From NCBI GenBank assembly GCA_903944085.1, contig CAJAQO010000198.1, forward strand, positions 3,625-67,624: 64,000 nt of DNA, given 5' to 3'. Position numbers and translations under genes: made by a program. Every line of letters begins with the position of its first letter. The first letter of the stretch is position 1. The DNA comes from an uncultured Verrucomicrobia subdivision 3 bacterium. Its GTDB lineage: Bacteria; Verrucomicrobiota; Verrucomicrobiia; Limisphaerales; UBA11358. The notes beneath the pieces were generated by a model. That model saw only the letters and a program-made list of their open reading frames with translations. It made no database searches and was not told the origin of the DNA. Shown here one piece after another: positions 19,033 through 29,100 of this stretch.

Positions 19033-22000
19033 ATGAACTTCACCCCCAAAATCATAACTGTGGTGATGGCGATGCTTGCCCTTGCAGTGGGGTTGGCCGG
19101 GCTGACGGCACAAGCCGCATTATTGCCGGTGAATTTGCGCTGCGCGCTACGCGTCAATCCATTGGGCGTGGGCGACGCCATGCCCCGACTTTCCTGGCAA
19201 CTGCAAAGCGGCGGACAGAGAGGCGAGACGCAAAGCGCCTACCAGATCCAAGTCGGTTCGGCGGCTGGTGCGGCGGACTTATGGGACAGCGGTAAAGTCG
19301 CGAGCAGTGCGACAATGGATGTATTGTATGCCGGTCAGCCGTTGACGAGCGGCGAAAAATGTTTCTGGCAGGTGCGGGTGTATGACGGCAGTAACAACTT
19401 ATCAGCTTGGAGCGCGCCGGCGCAATGGTCCATGGGACTTCTGGCGCCAACGGATTGGACGGCGCAATGGATCGGCTATGATGCCGCCTACAATCTGACA
19501 GCGGCCCAAGCCGCAAACAATGCGTTGTTCAACACCACGGGACTTAACTGGATTAGTTATTCAGGGCAAACGCCGCATGGCAATATCTATCAGTCTTCAT
19601 TGCGGAAGCAAGTGATCATGCCATCGGGCAAAACCATCACCAATGCCATCATGGCACTTTATGCCGACAATTTTTGCGGCGTCTTTGTTAATGGGCAGCA
19701 AATGACTAATTCGGCTATGCGCTGGGAAGCTACTGCTTGGATCAATGTGACACCATGGCTGCATCCGGGCACCAACGAACTGGCGCTCGCCGCCACGAAC
19801 AGCGACGCCCAAGAGCTGGCCAGCGTGATCGGACAACTCGTGGTGCAGTTCGCCTCCGGCGGCGTCTCCAATATTCCGGTAGATACTTCTTGGAAGGCCG
19901 CGCAATGGCCGTCAGGCAGTTGGACCCAGACAAATTATAATGATTCGGCCTGGGCCACGCCTGCCAGTGGCGGCAGCCCATGGGGCACGCCCGCGCTCAA
20001 CGATCTGGCACGGGTTCCCGCGCCGTTTTTGCGCAAAAACTTTTCGGTAGGCCAGTCGGTCACGCGCGCGACCGTCTATGTCACCGCGCTGGGTGCTTAT
20101 GAATTGCATCTCAACGGCCAGAAGGTGGGCAACGATGTGCTGACGCCGGGCTGGACACAATTCACAAAACGGGTTTATTACCAGACCTATGATGTCACTG
20201 GCATGGTGCAGAGCGGCTCCAACACCATCAGTGCGATTCTCGGCGATGGCTGGTATGCCAGCGATCTCGCCTTCAAAGGCAGCCGCAACAACTACGGCGG
20301 AAATCCGCGATTTTTAGCGCAGCTTGTCCTGAAACTTGCCGATGGCAGCACGCAAACGGTCGTCAGCGATGGTTCCTGGAAAGCGAGTTACGGCCCGATC
20401 CAATTCGGCGACCTTCTCATTGGCTCAGGTTATGACGCGCGGCTGGAAATGCCTGGCTGGGATACCACGAATTTCATTGACAGCAGTTGGTCGCCGGTCT
20501 TGACTGGCTTAAGCGCCGCCGCTCTCGGCTACTCAAATGTGACGGCCATCGTGGCGGGTTTGGTGACGAACAATCAGCTCAATTTTGTGGCAAGCAATGG
20601 TAATCTCGGCGGTGATCCCGCTTATGGCACCGTAAAGACATTGCAAATTACCTTCCTACTTGGCGGCACGAATCAGACGCTTTCATTCGCGGAAAATGCG
20701 ACCGTGAACATTGGCGGATCGGGACGAACTTTGACGATTCTTCAGGCACTCTATGGCAATGCGGCTCAGTTTCCCGGCGTTGGCGGTCTGCAAGTGCAGG
20801 CTGCCGTTACGGAACCTGCCCGGTGTTTGGAAACATTGGCGGCCACCAATCTTACCCTGCCGAAACCCGGTTGTTATACATTCGATCTGGGGCAAAATAT
20901 GGTCGGCTGGGTGCAGCTAAATATCAGCGGCAGCATCGGCGACCGCATCACGGTGCGCCATGGCGAAATGCTGAATCCCGACGGCTCGATTTACACCGCC
21001 AACCTGCGGGGCGCCAACGCGACGGACTTTTATATTTTTGGCACCAATGGCAACGTGGTCTTCCAACCGCGTTTCACCTTCCACGGTTTTCGCTATGTCG
21101 AGGTGCGTGGACTGTCCGTGCCGCCCACGCTGAATTCGGTGACGGGCATCGTCGTGCATTCGGACATGCCGCTCACGGGTGCTTTCGCTTGTTCGAGTCC
21201 GCTAGTAAACCAGCTCTACCGCAATATTATTTGGGGGCAGAAAGGAAATTATCTCGAAGTTCCTTCGGATTGTCCGCAGCGGGATGAACGCATGGGCTGG
21301 ACGGGCGACACGGAATTTTTCGTGCCGACTGCGGCTTATAACTTCGATGTCCAATCCTTCTTCCGCCGGCACTTAGTCACGTTGTGTGAGGACTCACAGC
21401 ATTCCGATGGTTCTTATGCCGTCGTCGCGCCGGACATGGGGCAAGGAAGCGGCGGGACCGCCTGGGGTGATGCCGGCTGGATCTGCCCATATAACATGTA
21501 TCGCGCCTATGGTGATACAAATGTGATCACCGACCACTATGCCTCGTTTGTGCGCTGCGGACAATTCGACGCCGCCAATGCTGCAAACTTTGTGATTGCG
21601 AGTTTGCCCGGCGATTTTGGCGACTGGTTAAACCTGGGTGGCGGCGCCACTTCTACCGTGATGGACACGGCCTTTTATGCCTACTATGCCCAGGCGATGT
21701 CGGAGATGGCTGCGGCCATTGGCAACAGCGCGGATGCCGCCACTTATTCCACGCTGCATAGTAACATTGTGGCTGCGTTCGCAAATTTCTTCAACGCGGA
21801 CGGCTCGTTTGCCGATGGCAGCGGTCAAACGGGTTACGCGCTGGCGTTCACTTTGAATTTGGTGCCTGCCGGACTGCGCGCGCAAGCCGCCCAACAGTTT
21901 GCCAATTCCATAGCGCAATTTGGCAATCATCTGGCCACGGGCTTCATCGGCACACCACGACTGTTGCCCGCGTTGCACGCCGCCGGCCGAGATGACCTCG

Positions 22001-23364
22001 CCTACACGCTGCTGCTGCAACAAACTTATCCGTCATGGCTCTATCAAGTCACGTTGGGTGCCACGACCATGTGGGAACGCTGGGACGGTTGGACGCCCGC
22101 CGCCGGTTTTGAGAGTGTCGGCATGAATTCCTTCAATCACTATGCCTTTGGTTCTGTCGGACAGTATTTATACGGTGCGGTTGGCGGTATTAACAGCGCC
22201 GGCCCGGGTTATAAGAGTATTCTTATCCAGCCAGTTCCAGGCAATGGTCTGACTTGGGCCAACGCCAGCTACAACTCTACCCGTGGACTTATTTCTAGTG
22301 CATGGACCAATGCCGGAAATATATTCAAACTCGATGTGGTCATTCCGCCGAACACAACGGCGCAAATCTATGTTCCCACCACTAATGCGGCCGCCATCAC
22401 CGAAAGCGGCGTGCCTGCGACGAGTTCACCCGGCGTCAACTATGTCGGCCTGTCCAATAGTTATGCTATTTATGGCGTCGGCTCCGGCCACTATATTTGG
22501 TCATCGCCTTTCTCAATTCCTGTGGCCCCGAGCGTGATCATTACGACCACCAACCAGACGGGCAGCGGCACAGGAACTTTTTATCCGAGTTGGACGGTTG
22601 TGACTAACGGCAGTCTGGTTGCCGGACGACTCCCCAGCACCGCCGTCGGCAATTTTAGTGAAGAGGTGCCCGGAAGAAATGTCAACTCCTTGACAACCGG
22701 CGGCAACTTGGGGCTTACCCAAATACAGGGAACATCCGGCTATACCACTAGCACAAATTATGTGACGTGTGGCAATGGTAACGGCGCGGGTTCGCAGTTG
22801 ATTTACTCGCTCAGCGGTTCCGCCCTCGGCTATGACCTGACCAACATCACGGTCTATGGCGGCTGGGCTGATAATGGTCGGGATCAGCAGGCTTATACGG
22901 TTTATTACTCCACGGTGGCGGCACCGACTAATTTCGTTTCGTTGGCGGTGGTCAATTTTAACCCCTCGATTGCTGGCAGTATCCAATCCGCCACGCGGGT
23001 GATGTTGACTTCTTCAATCGGAGTGCTGGCCACCAACGTGGCCGCCGTGAAATTTGATTTGACCAGTCCGACCTCGGAAAACGGTTATTGCGGCTATGCG
23101 GGCATCACCATGTTTGGGACAGCGAGCCTTCCGCCGGCGGTGCCGGCGAATTTGAGCGCGACGCTGCAGGCGGGGTTGACGGGTTTTATCCTGAATATCG
23201 GGAGTTTGGTGGCTGGCCGGAATTATGCGCTCCAAAGCACAACCGATCTGACCGCCGCCGGTTGGTTCACCGAGACCAATTTTGTCGCACCGCAGGCGAC
23301 GGTCGCCTTGACCAACGCCATCGCGAACGCTCCGCAAAAATTCTACCGCGTGGTTGGAAATTAA
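19033..23364 (+). CDS. GH78 alpha-L-rhamnosidase (secreted), with CBM67-like module, SUEL-like insert, one novel repeat domain and C-terminal FYR domain
   Basis: PRLSWQL...LWDSGKV, TALGAYELHLNG, FDLGQNMVG, FTFHGFRYVEV, DCPQRDERMGWTGD, TTMWERWD, MNSFNHYAFG. Confidence 0.92.
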   Translation: MNFTPKIITVVMAMLALAVGLAGLTAQAALLPVNLRCALRVNPLGVGDAMPRLSWQLQSGGQRGETQSAYQIQVGSAAGAADLWDSGKVASSATMDVLYAGQPLTSGEKCFWQVRVYDGSNNLSAWSAPAQWSMGLLAPTDWTAQWIGYDAAYNLTAAQAANNALFNTTGLNWISYSGQTPHGNIYQSSLRKQVIMPSGKTITNAIMALYADNFCGVFVNGQQMTNSAMRWEATAWINVTPWLHPGTNELALAATNSDAQELASVIGQLVVQFASGGVSNIPVDTSWKAAQWPSGSWTQTNYNDSAWATPASGGSPWGTPALNDLARVPAPFLRKNFSVGQSVTRATVYVTALGAYELHLNGQKVGNDVLTPGWTQFTKRVYYQTYDVTGMVQSGSNTISAILGDGWYASDLAFKGSRNNYGGNPRFLAQLVLKLADGSTQTVVSDGSWKASYGPIQFGDLLIGSGYDARLEMPGWDTTNFIDSSWSPVLTGLSAAALGYSNVTAIVAGLVTNNQLNFVASNGNLGGDPAYGTVKTLQITFLLGGTNQTLSFAENATVNIGGSGRTLTILQALYGNAAQFPGVGGLQVQAAVTEPARCLETLAATNLTLPKPGCYTFDLGQNMVGWVQLNISGSIGDRITVRHGEMLNPDGSIYTANLRGANATDFYIFGTNGNVVFQPRFTFHGFRYVEVRGLSVPPTLNSVTGIVVHSDMPLTGAFACSSPLVNQLYRNIIWGQKGNYLEVPSDCPQRDERMGWTGDTEFFVPTAAYNFDVQSFFRRHLVTLCEDSQHSDGSYAVVAPDMGQGSGGTAWGDAGWICPYNMYRAYGDTNVITDHYASFVRCGQFDAANAANFVIASLPGDFGDWLNLGGGATSTVMDTAFYAYYAQAMSEMAAAIGNSADAATYSTLHSNIVAAFANFFNADGSFADGSGQTGYALAFTLNLVPAGLRAQAAQQFANSIAQFGNHLATGFIGTPRLLPALHAAGRDDLAYTLLLQQTYPSWLYQVTLGATTMWERWDGWTPAAGFESVGMNSFNHYAFGSVGQYLYGAVGGINSAGPGYKSILIQPVPGNGLTWANASYNSTRGLISSAWTNAGNIFKLDVVIPPNTTAQIYVPTTNAAAITESGVPATSSPGVNYVGLSNSYAIYGVGSGHYIWSSPFSIPVAPSVIITTTNQTGSGTGTFYPSWTVVTNGSLVAGRLPSTAVGNFSEEVPGRNVNSLTTGGNLGLTQIQGTSGYTTSTNYVTCGNGNGAGSQLIYSLSGSALGYDLTNITVYGGWADNGRDQQAYTVYYSTVAAPTNFVSLAVVNFNPSIAGSIQSATRVMLTSSIGVLATNVAAVKFDLTSPTSENGYCGYAGITMFGTASLPPAVPANLSATLQAGLTGFILNIGSLVAGRNYALQSTTDLTAAGWFTETNFVAPQATVALTNAIANAPQKFYRVVGN

Positions 23365-23445
23365 GGTCATTAAAATCCCTCGGATCAATTCCGCGAGTTA
23401 TATCGTCCTTGGCGTTTTTGGCGAAAAGGACTAAACTGCGAGGGA

Positions 23446-24975
23446 TTGCAACGATTAGTTAATTTTTTGCACTGGCTTCGATCGTGGTTGAAAGGTTGTC
23501 AAATTGGGTCAACCACGTTGCTGGCCTCAGCTTTATGTTTCGCGGCGCTCATTCCGGTGCCGGCGAAAGGCCAAACTGTTGGCACCCAGCCGATGGTTCA
23601 ACAAAGCCTCGAGCCTTACGTCAGTCCGACCAACGGCCTTGGCTCGTGGATTTGGGCCAGCAACACTTTTGACGGGCAGAAATGTCAACTGTGGAAAACT
23701 TTTGAGATTCCGTCGGGCAGCATGGTTACTAATGCCCGGCTCGTGATGACGGTGGATAACGAATTTACGCTTTTCCTCGACGGACGTGAGTTGGGGCATG
23801 GCGCCGAGTGGCACGAATTGTTCGTTTTTGATTTGTCCCGGATTTTGTCTCCGGGCAGACATATTCTGGCCGTCGAGGCGTTAAACGGTTTTTCTTTCGC
23901 GGGAATGCTCTTTGGATTGCAGGTGGAACTGGCAGATGGACGAGTAATTATAGTCAAATCGGACAATAGCTGGCGGATTGTTCCTGATGGAGTAAGCCGG
24001 TGGCAAAAAAAGAGTGAACTCCAGCCGGGCTGGCCCGCAGCTACGATTATTGCGCCGTTGGGAAGCCTTCCTTGGTGGACGCAGCCGCTAAATGTGGACA
24101 AGATGCCCTCGCTGGAACCCATCAAAGTATTCTTTTGGCAGACCGGCTGGTTTCAGATCACGCTGCTTTTCATCTGTGGCTTGGTGATCTTGATCAGTCT
24201 TCGGCTCATGGCCCAACTGGCGCTGCACCAAAAAGAACGCTGGCTGTTGCAGCGGGAGCGTGCGCGGATCGCCCGGGAGATTCACGACGACATCGGCTCG
24301 CGCATGACGCAACTGCTGCTGCACGGCGAAGTGGCGCAAAGCGGGTTGCCGGCCGGCTCGGAAACGCAGCAACAATTGGTTCAAATCTGCGCTGAAGCGC
24401 GCGGACTGCTCTCAACCATGGACGAAATTCTTTGGGCGGTAAATCCCCGGCGGGACACGCTGCGCGATTTTGCCGCCTATGTTTGCAACTACGCGGAGGA
24501 GTTTCTGGAACCCACGCCCATCCAGTGTTTGTTTGAGGTGGATCCGGAAATGTTGTCCGCGACGTTTACGCTGCCGGTCCGGCGCAGCCTGCTCATGGCC
24601 ATCAAAGAAGCGCTTAATAATGCGGTCAAACATTCGGCCGCCACCGAATTGCGCCTTCAAATCCAATGGCAAAGCTCGCAATTGGTTGTGGTGGTGCAGG
24701 ACAACGGCAAGGGCTTTGACCCGGTGACGATGAAATCGGAGCGCAACGGCCTGCGCAACATGAGCCAGCGCATGACTGAACTGGGCGGCGCTTGTCATAT
24801 CACCAGTCAGCCCGGCAAAGGCTGTCGCGCCGAATTCAGCATTCCATTGAAGCATCCGCAGCGGCGGCTGTGGTCGTGGTTTTGGAATTTGAACGAAGTT
24901 TCGCCGCCGAGCAGCGAACCGAACCCGGTGCCGACCAATGAACCTTCACAAAAACATGACCCCACCCAATGTTAA
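23446..24975 (+). CDS. Sensor histidine kinase (HisKA_3/NarX-DesK type) with extracytoplasmic CBM67-like domain
   Basis: ERARIAREIHDDIGS H-box, EALNNAVKH N-box, DNGKGFD, NGLRNM. One TM helix at ~24135-24210. Start uncertain. Confidence 0.9.
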   Translation: MQRLVNFLHWLRSWLKGCQIGSTTLLASALCFAALIPVPAKGQTVGTQPMVQQSLEPYVSPTNGLGSWIWASNTFDGQKCQLWKTFEIPSGSMVTNARLVMTVDNEFTLFLDGRELGHGAEWHELFVFDLSRILSPGRHILAVEALNGFSFAGMLFGLQVELADGRVIIVKSDNSWRIVPDGVSRWQKKSELQPGWPAATIIAPLGSLPWWTQPLNVDKMPSLEPIKVFFWQTGWFQITLLFICGLVILISLRLMAQLALHQKERWLLQRERARIAREIHDDIGSRMTQLLLHGEVAQSGLPAGSETQQQLVQICAEARGLLSTMDEILWAVNPRRDTLRDFAAYVCNYAEEFLEPTPIQCLFEVDPEMLSATFTLPVRRSLLMAIKEALNNAVKHSAATELRLQIQWQSSQLVVVVQDNGKGFDPVTMKSERNGLRNMSQRMTELGGACHITSQPGKGCRAEFSIPLKHPQRRLWSWFWNLNEVSPPSSEPNPVPTNEPSQKHDPTQC

Positions 24976-24976
24976 A

Positions 24977-25684
24977 ATGACCAAGCCGGTCAAAGGAAAC
25001 CGGCCGGTCGAACCGGCATTAAAACGGCAGCTTAAAGTCGCCCTGGTCGAGGACCAGCCGGAAGTCCGGGAAAGCTGGATCAAACTCATCAATTCGTTTG
25101 CGGACTTCGCCTGCGTCTGCGCCTGCGGCAGTGGCGAGGAAGCGTTGCGGATGATTCCCCAGGAAACACCCGACGTCGTGCTCATGGACATATTTCTCCC
25201 GCGCATGTCTGGCATCGAATGCACCGTGCGGCTCAAGGCGCTGCTGCCGCAAACTCAGATCGTCATCCTCACGGCCATGGCGGATCAGGAACTGGTTTTT
25301 CTGGCGCTGGAAGCCGGGGCCGATGGTTACCTGCTGAAACGGACGAAGCCGGCGGACTTACGGACCGCTTTGCTGGACGTGCTGGGCGGCGGGGCACCGA
25401 TGTCGAGCCAGATCGCGCGCCGCGTGATTGAATCATTTCGACAAAAAGCCAAAATCCGGGATGAATTCGCACATCTTTCCATCCGCGAAGAGCAAATTTT
25501 AATGCTGCTTTCGCAGGGCTATGCAAACAAGGTGATCGCCGACAAACTGGAGTTGAGCATTGACACGGTATGCAGTCATTTGAAGCATGTATTTACGAAG
25601 TTGCAGGTGAGTTCGCGCACCGAAGCCGTGGTCCGTTACATGGCCTCCAAAACCCCGCCGCACAAGCCGGACGATCTGTCTTGA
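24977..25684 (+). CDS. NarL/LuxR-family response regulator
   Basis: LVEDQ, PDVVLMDI-LPRMSG, GADGYLLK receiver; LSIREEQIL...NKVIADKL...KLQVSSRTEAV HTH. Confidence 0.93.
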   Translation: MTKPVKGNRPVEPALKRQLKVALVEDQPEVRESWIKLINSFADFACVCACGSGEEALRMIPQETPDVVLMDIFLPRMSGIECTVRLKALLPQTQIVILTAMADQELVFLALEAGADGYLLKRTKPADLRTALLDVLGGGAPMSSQIARRVIESFRQKAKIRDEFAHLSIREEQILMLLSQGYANKVIADKLELSIDTVCSHLKHVFTKLQVSSRTEAVVRYMASKTPPHKPDDLS

Positions 25685-25748
25685 TAACCGCGCAGAAACC
25701 GGCGAGGCCGCGCACCGCCGCCGCGACCAGCGAGAAACCGCTTGTAAA

Positions 25749-25792
25749 CTCACCGGTTTCGGTGATGCCGGTCTCACCATGTCGGGGCATAG
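25749..25792. promoter_or_regulatory. Putative response-regulator operator, copy 2
   Basis: CTCACCGGTTTCGGTGATG-N8-ACCATGTCGGGGCATAG, matching 12710-12753. Confidence 0.7.
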
Positions 25793-26181
25793 ACGCAAGG
25801 CTGGATCCGAGGTTAAATTAGCCCAATCAAAATTAGCAGACGACTCCATCGTTTAGTCGCATCCGTTGGCGCATTTTTTTTTGCGCAGGTGATTGTTTGC
25901 GCACGCCGGTTGCTGGGTCGTTTGCCAACCGGTTATTCTGCAGACAAAATAGAAAACATGCCGTTGTTGGCCGATGGGACTGACTCTGCGACTGTTCTTT
26001 ACTTGAATCTACTAGCCTTGAAGAGCGCGTTAGGCATCTATGCACATGATTACGACGACGAAAGCACCCACGACTCAGCTTCTGCTGTTAGCTTTGGCCA
26101 GATGGGTGGAACGGTCGGCATGAAAGTAACCATTTGCCATTACATCAATCTTAGTTACAAAAGAATGCCGCCACTCAAATC

Positions 26182-29100
26182 ATGAAAAAGGGATTACTGA
26201 TTGTTCTATGTTCGGTGATTTGCATTGGGGGAATGTTTTGGTGGCATGACTTGCTGTCTCGTGCCGAAGTGGTGCGTCGCGCGTCCGTATCGTTAGCTGG
26301 CTCGGTAACGGCACGAACCAACCTGCCGCCGGTTGTGGCTCAGGCGGCTCGCATTCGGTCCGGATCCCGTGAAATGGACCTTACGGTAAACCCTTATGCC
26401 GGAGGGTTGCGCGACCCCGGCAAATCGAAGCGCAAATGGGAAGCTGATTATATCGAGAGTTTTCTACAGGCAAAAAGCGGCGATGGAGTTCGGTTTGAAC
26501 TCACAGGCGGTGTGATGGCTCTGGGCAGCATTAAGATGATTCAAATTTCAGGCGGCAAGGTAACTTATGTGTCGGGAGAGTTGTCTGCCCCGGAGTCGGG
26601 AAAATTTTTCTTTCTGACACCTCCAATCGGCGGCAAGGCTGGAAGCGCAGTTGGAGTGGCGGAATTTCCAGGAAGCAAAACCGCCTATCGTGTCGAACCA
26701 ACCGGTCCCGGTGGTGCCCCGGAACTATGGCAGCGGCGGCTAGATGAAGTTATTTGCCTGGACATGCCTAAAGTTAATGCGGCGGCCCAAGCAGCAGCCC
26801 AGGCGGCGACTAATCAGACTGAGGACATCCCGCCCTTGCGACCGGACATGGTGTCCGATTATGTGCCAAGTTACAATGCAAACATAGTTTCCTTGCAAAG
26901 TTATCCCGGTTCTTCCGCCGTGCTGCTGTTGGATTTCTTTGGTGGCTACACGCCAACTTGGGGCGGCGTGATCTATGCGCGTCCTCCGGTCGATAACCCC
27001 ACGATCAAAGATATCTGGAAGCGAGTAGCCGAAGATTATATGCCGTTTAACATTAACGTGACCACAGACATCAAAATTTATCAAGCCGCGCCAGCAGCGA
27101 GCCGCCAGCGTTGCTGTTTCACCACGACCCCAATTACTGCAGCTGGCGTTGCGTATGAAGGGTCGTGGAACTGGGGCAATGACACGCCCTGTTGGTCCGT
27201 TTATTATGTTGGTAAACCCGCCGCAGAAGTCGGTGCCCATGAGCCGGGACACACGCTGGGCTTGAGTCACGAGACGCAGGATATTCCCAATGGAACCAAC
27301 GCACCAACCCATAATGAATATTTCACCGGCCAAGGCTCGGGTGCAACCGGCTGGGCACCGATCATGGGTGCTGCTTATTATCAGCCCGTGACCACTTGGG
27401 CGAAAGGGGAGTATCTTTATGCGGGCAATTTACAAGATCAACTAAACATCATCGCCACTGCAAACAATAATGTGACTTATCGAACGGATGACACGGGCAG
27501 CACGCTGGCGACTTCACGTTATTTGGAGGTTTACACGAATAATTCCGCTTTTGCCGAAGGCGTGATTGAACAAACCGCCGACACAGATGCTTTTCAATTC
27601 ACAACCACCGGTGGGGTGGTTAGCTTGACCGCGAATCCTGTTGGCGACTGGGCTGATTTGGCAATGATGGCCACCTTGGCGGACGCGACCGAAACCATTA
27701 TCGCGAGCAATAACTCACAGACTGTTCTTTCCGCAACTATCACGACAAACTTGCCAGCGGGCACTTACACCTTCCGGGTGACTGGTGCCGGGCGTAACGA
27801 TCCAGTGACCAATGGCTTTTCAAATTACGCAAGCTTGGGCTACTATTCCGTCACCGGCACGGTGACCGGCGCGCGGCAACCCACGCGGTTGAGCGTGGCG
27901 GAACATGCGACAAACAATACATTAGTTGGCTCCGTGCCGGCAAATAATCCCAACGGCAGTCCGTTGGCATATGGGATTTCGTCAGGTAATACTGGTGCGA
28001 CGTTTTCCGTTGATAACTCCGGCGTGGTCCGTGTATCCAATAATACGCTGCTGGACTATTACAAGTTGGCGAGCAATACGATGTATGCTATGCAATTTGA
28101 GTTGTTTATGAATATCACCAACGTAAACAATCCGGCACTGACGGAATTGAACCGTCGGGTAGTAATTGCAGTTCTACAACTGTATCCGCCGGTGCCAGCG
28201 GCATTGACGGCTGCCGCGGACAGTAGCTTACGAATCGACCTTTCATGGATGGGAGGACAAGCGGCTACAAGTTACTACGTAAAACGTTCGACAATTCATG
28301 GCGGGCCTTACGCAACGGTGGCCAGTCCCACCGACGTCAACTATACCGACGGAGGACTAACCAATGGCGTCACATATTACTATGTCGTCTCCGCGTTGAA
28401 TGCCGGCGGCGAGAGTAGCAACTCTTTAGAAGCGAGTGCGATGGCCCAGGCAGTGGCGGATTACGGCTTTGAGATTTCGAGCATCGGTTCCGGCAACTAT
28501 TCTTACAACCCGAATGGAAGTTTCTGGACTTTCAGCGGCACCGCTGGGAATGGTTCAGGCATTGTCGCGAACGGCAGCGGCTTTTCCAATCCGAACGCCC
28601 CGGAAGGAACACAGGCGGCATTTATTCAGGAATATGGCTCCGTCACCCAAACGTTGGCTGGTTTCACGCCGGGAACTAATTATACAATTTCTTACTCGGC
28701 TGCCCAACGGTCGGGAGCGGGTCAAAACGGAGGTGAATCGTGGAATGTGGTGATTGATGGCAATGTGATCAAGGCCAACAGTCCGGGATCAACCAGTTAC
28801 TCGACTTATACCGCTACGTTCACCGCCACGGCCACGACGCACACGCTTGCCTTCGTGGGCACAGACTTGGTCGGCGGCGACAACACCGTCTTCATAGACA
28901 ATGTGCGTTTCAGCCCCGTTTTGCAGCCAGCGCCCGCCTCGGTGGTGTTGGCCAGTCCCGCAAATAATGCCGCCTTTGACATTTCAGCGCCTATCAACCT
29001 GACGGCGACCGTGACCACAAATGAAAACATTATTAATGGCGTGCAGTTTTACATGGATACCATCACGTTACTTGGTCAGATTACCAACGCACCTTATACA

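Noticed and set aside
25889-26185. 98 aa ORF between the regulator and the metalloprotease
   Set aside because: No motifs or convincing start; treated as leader or decayed DNA.
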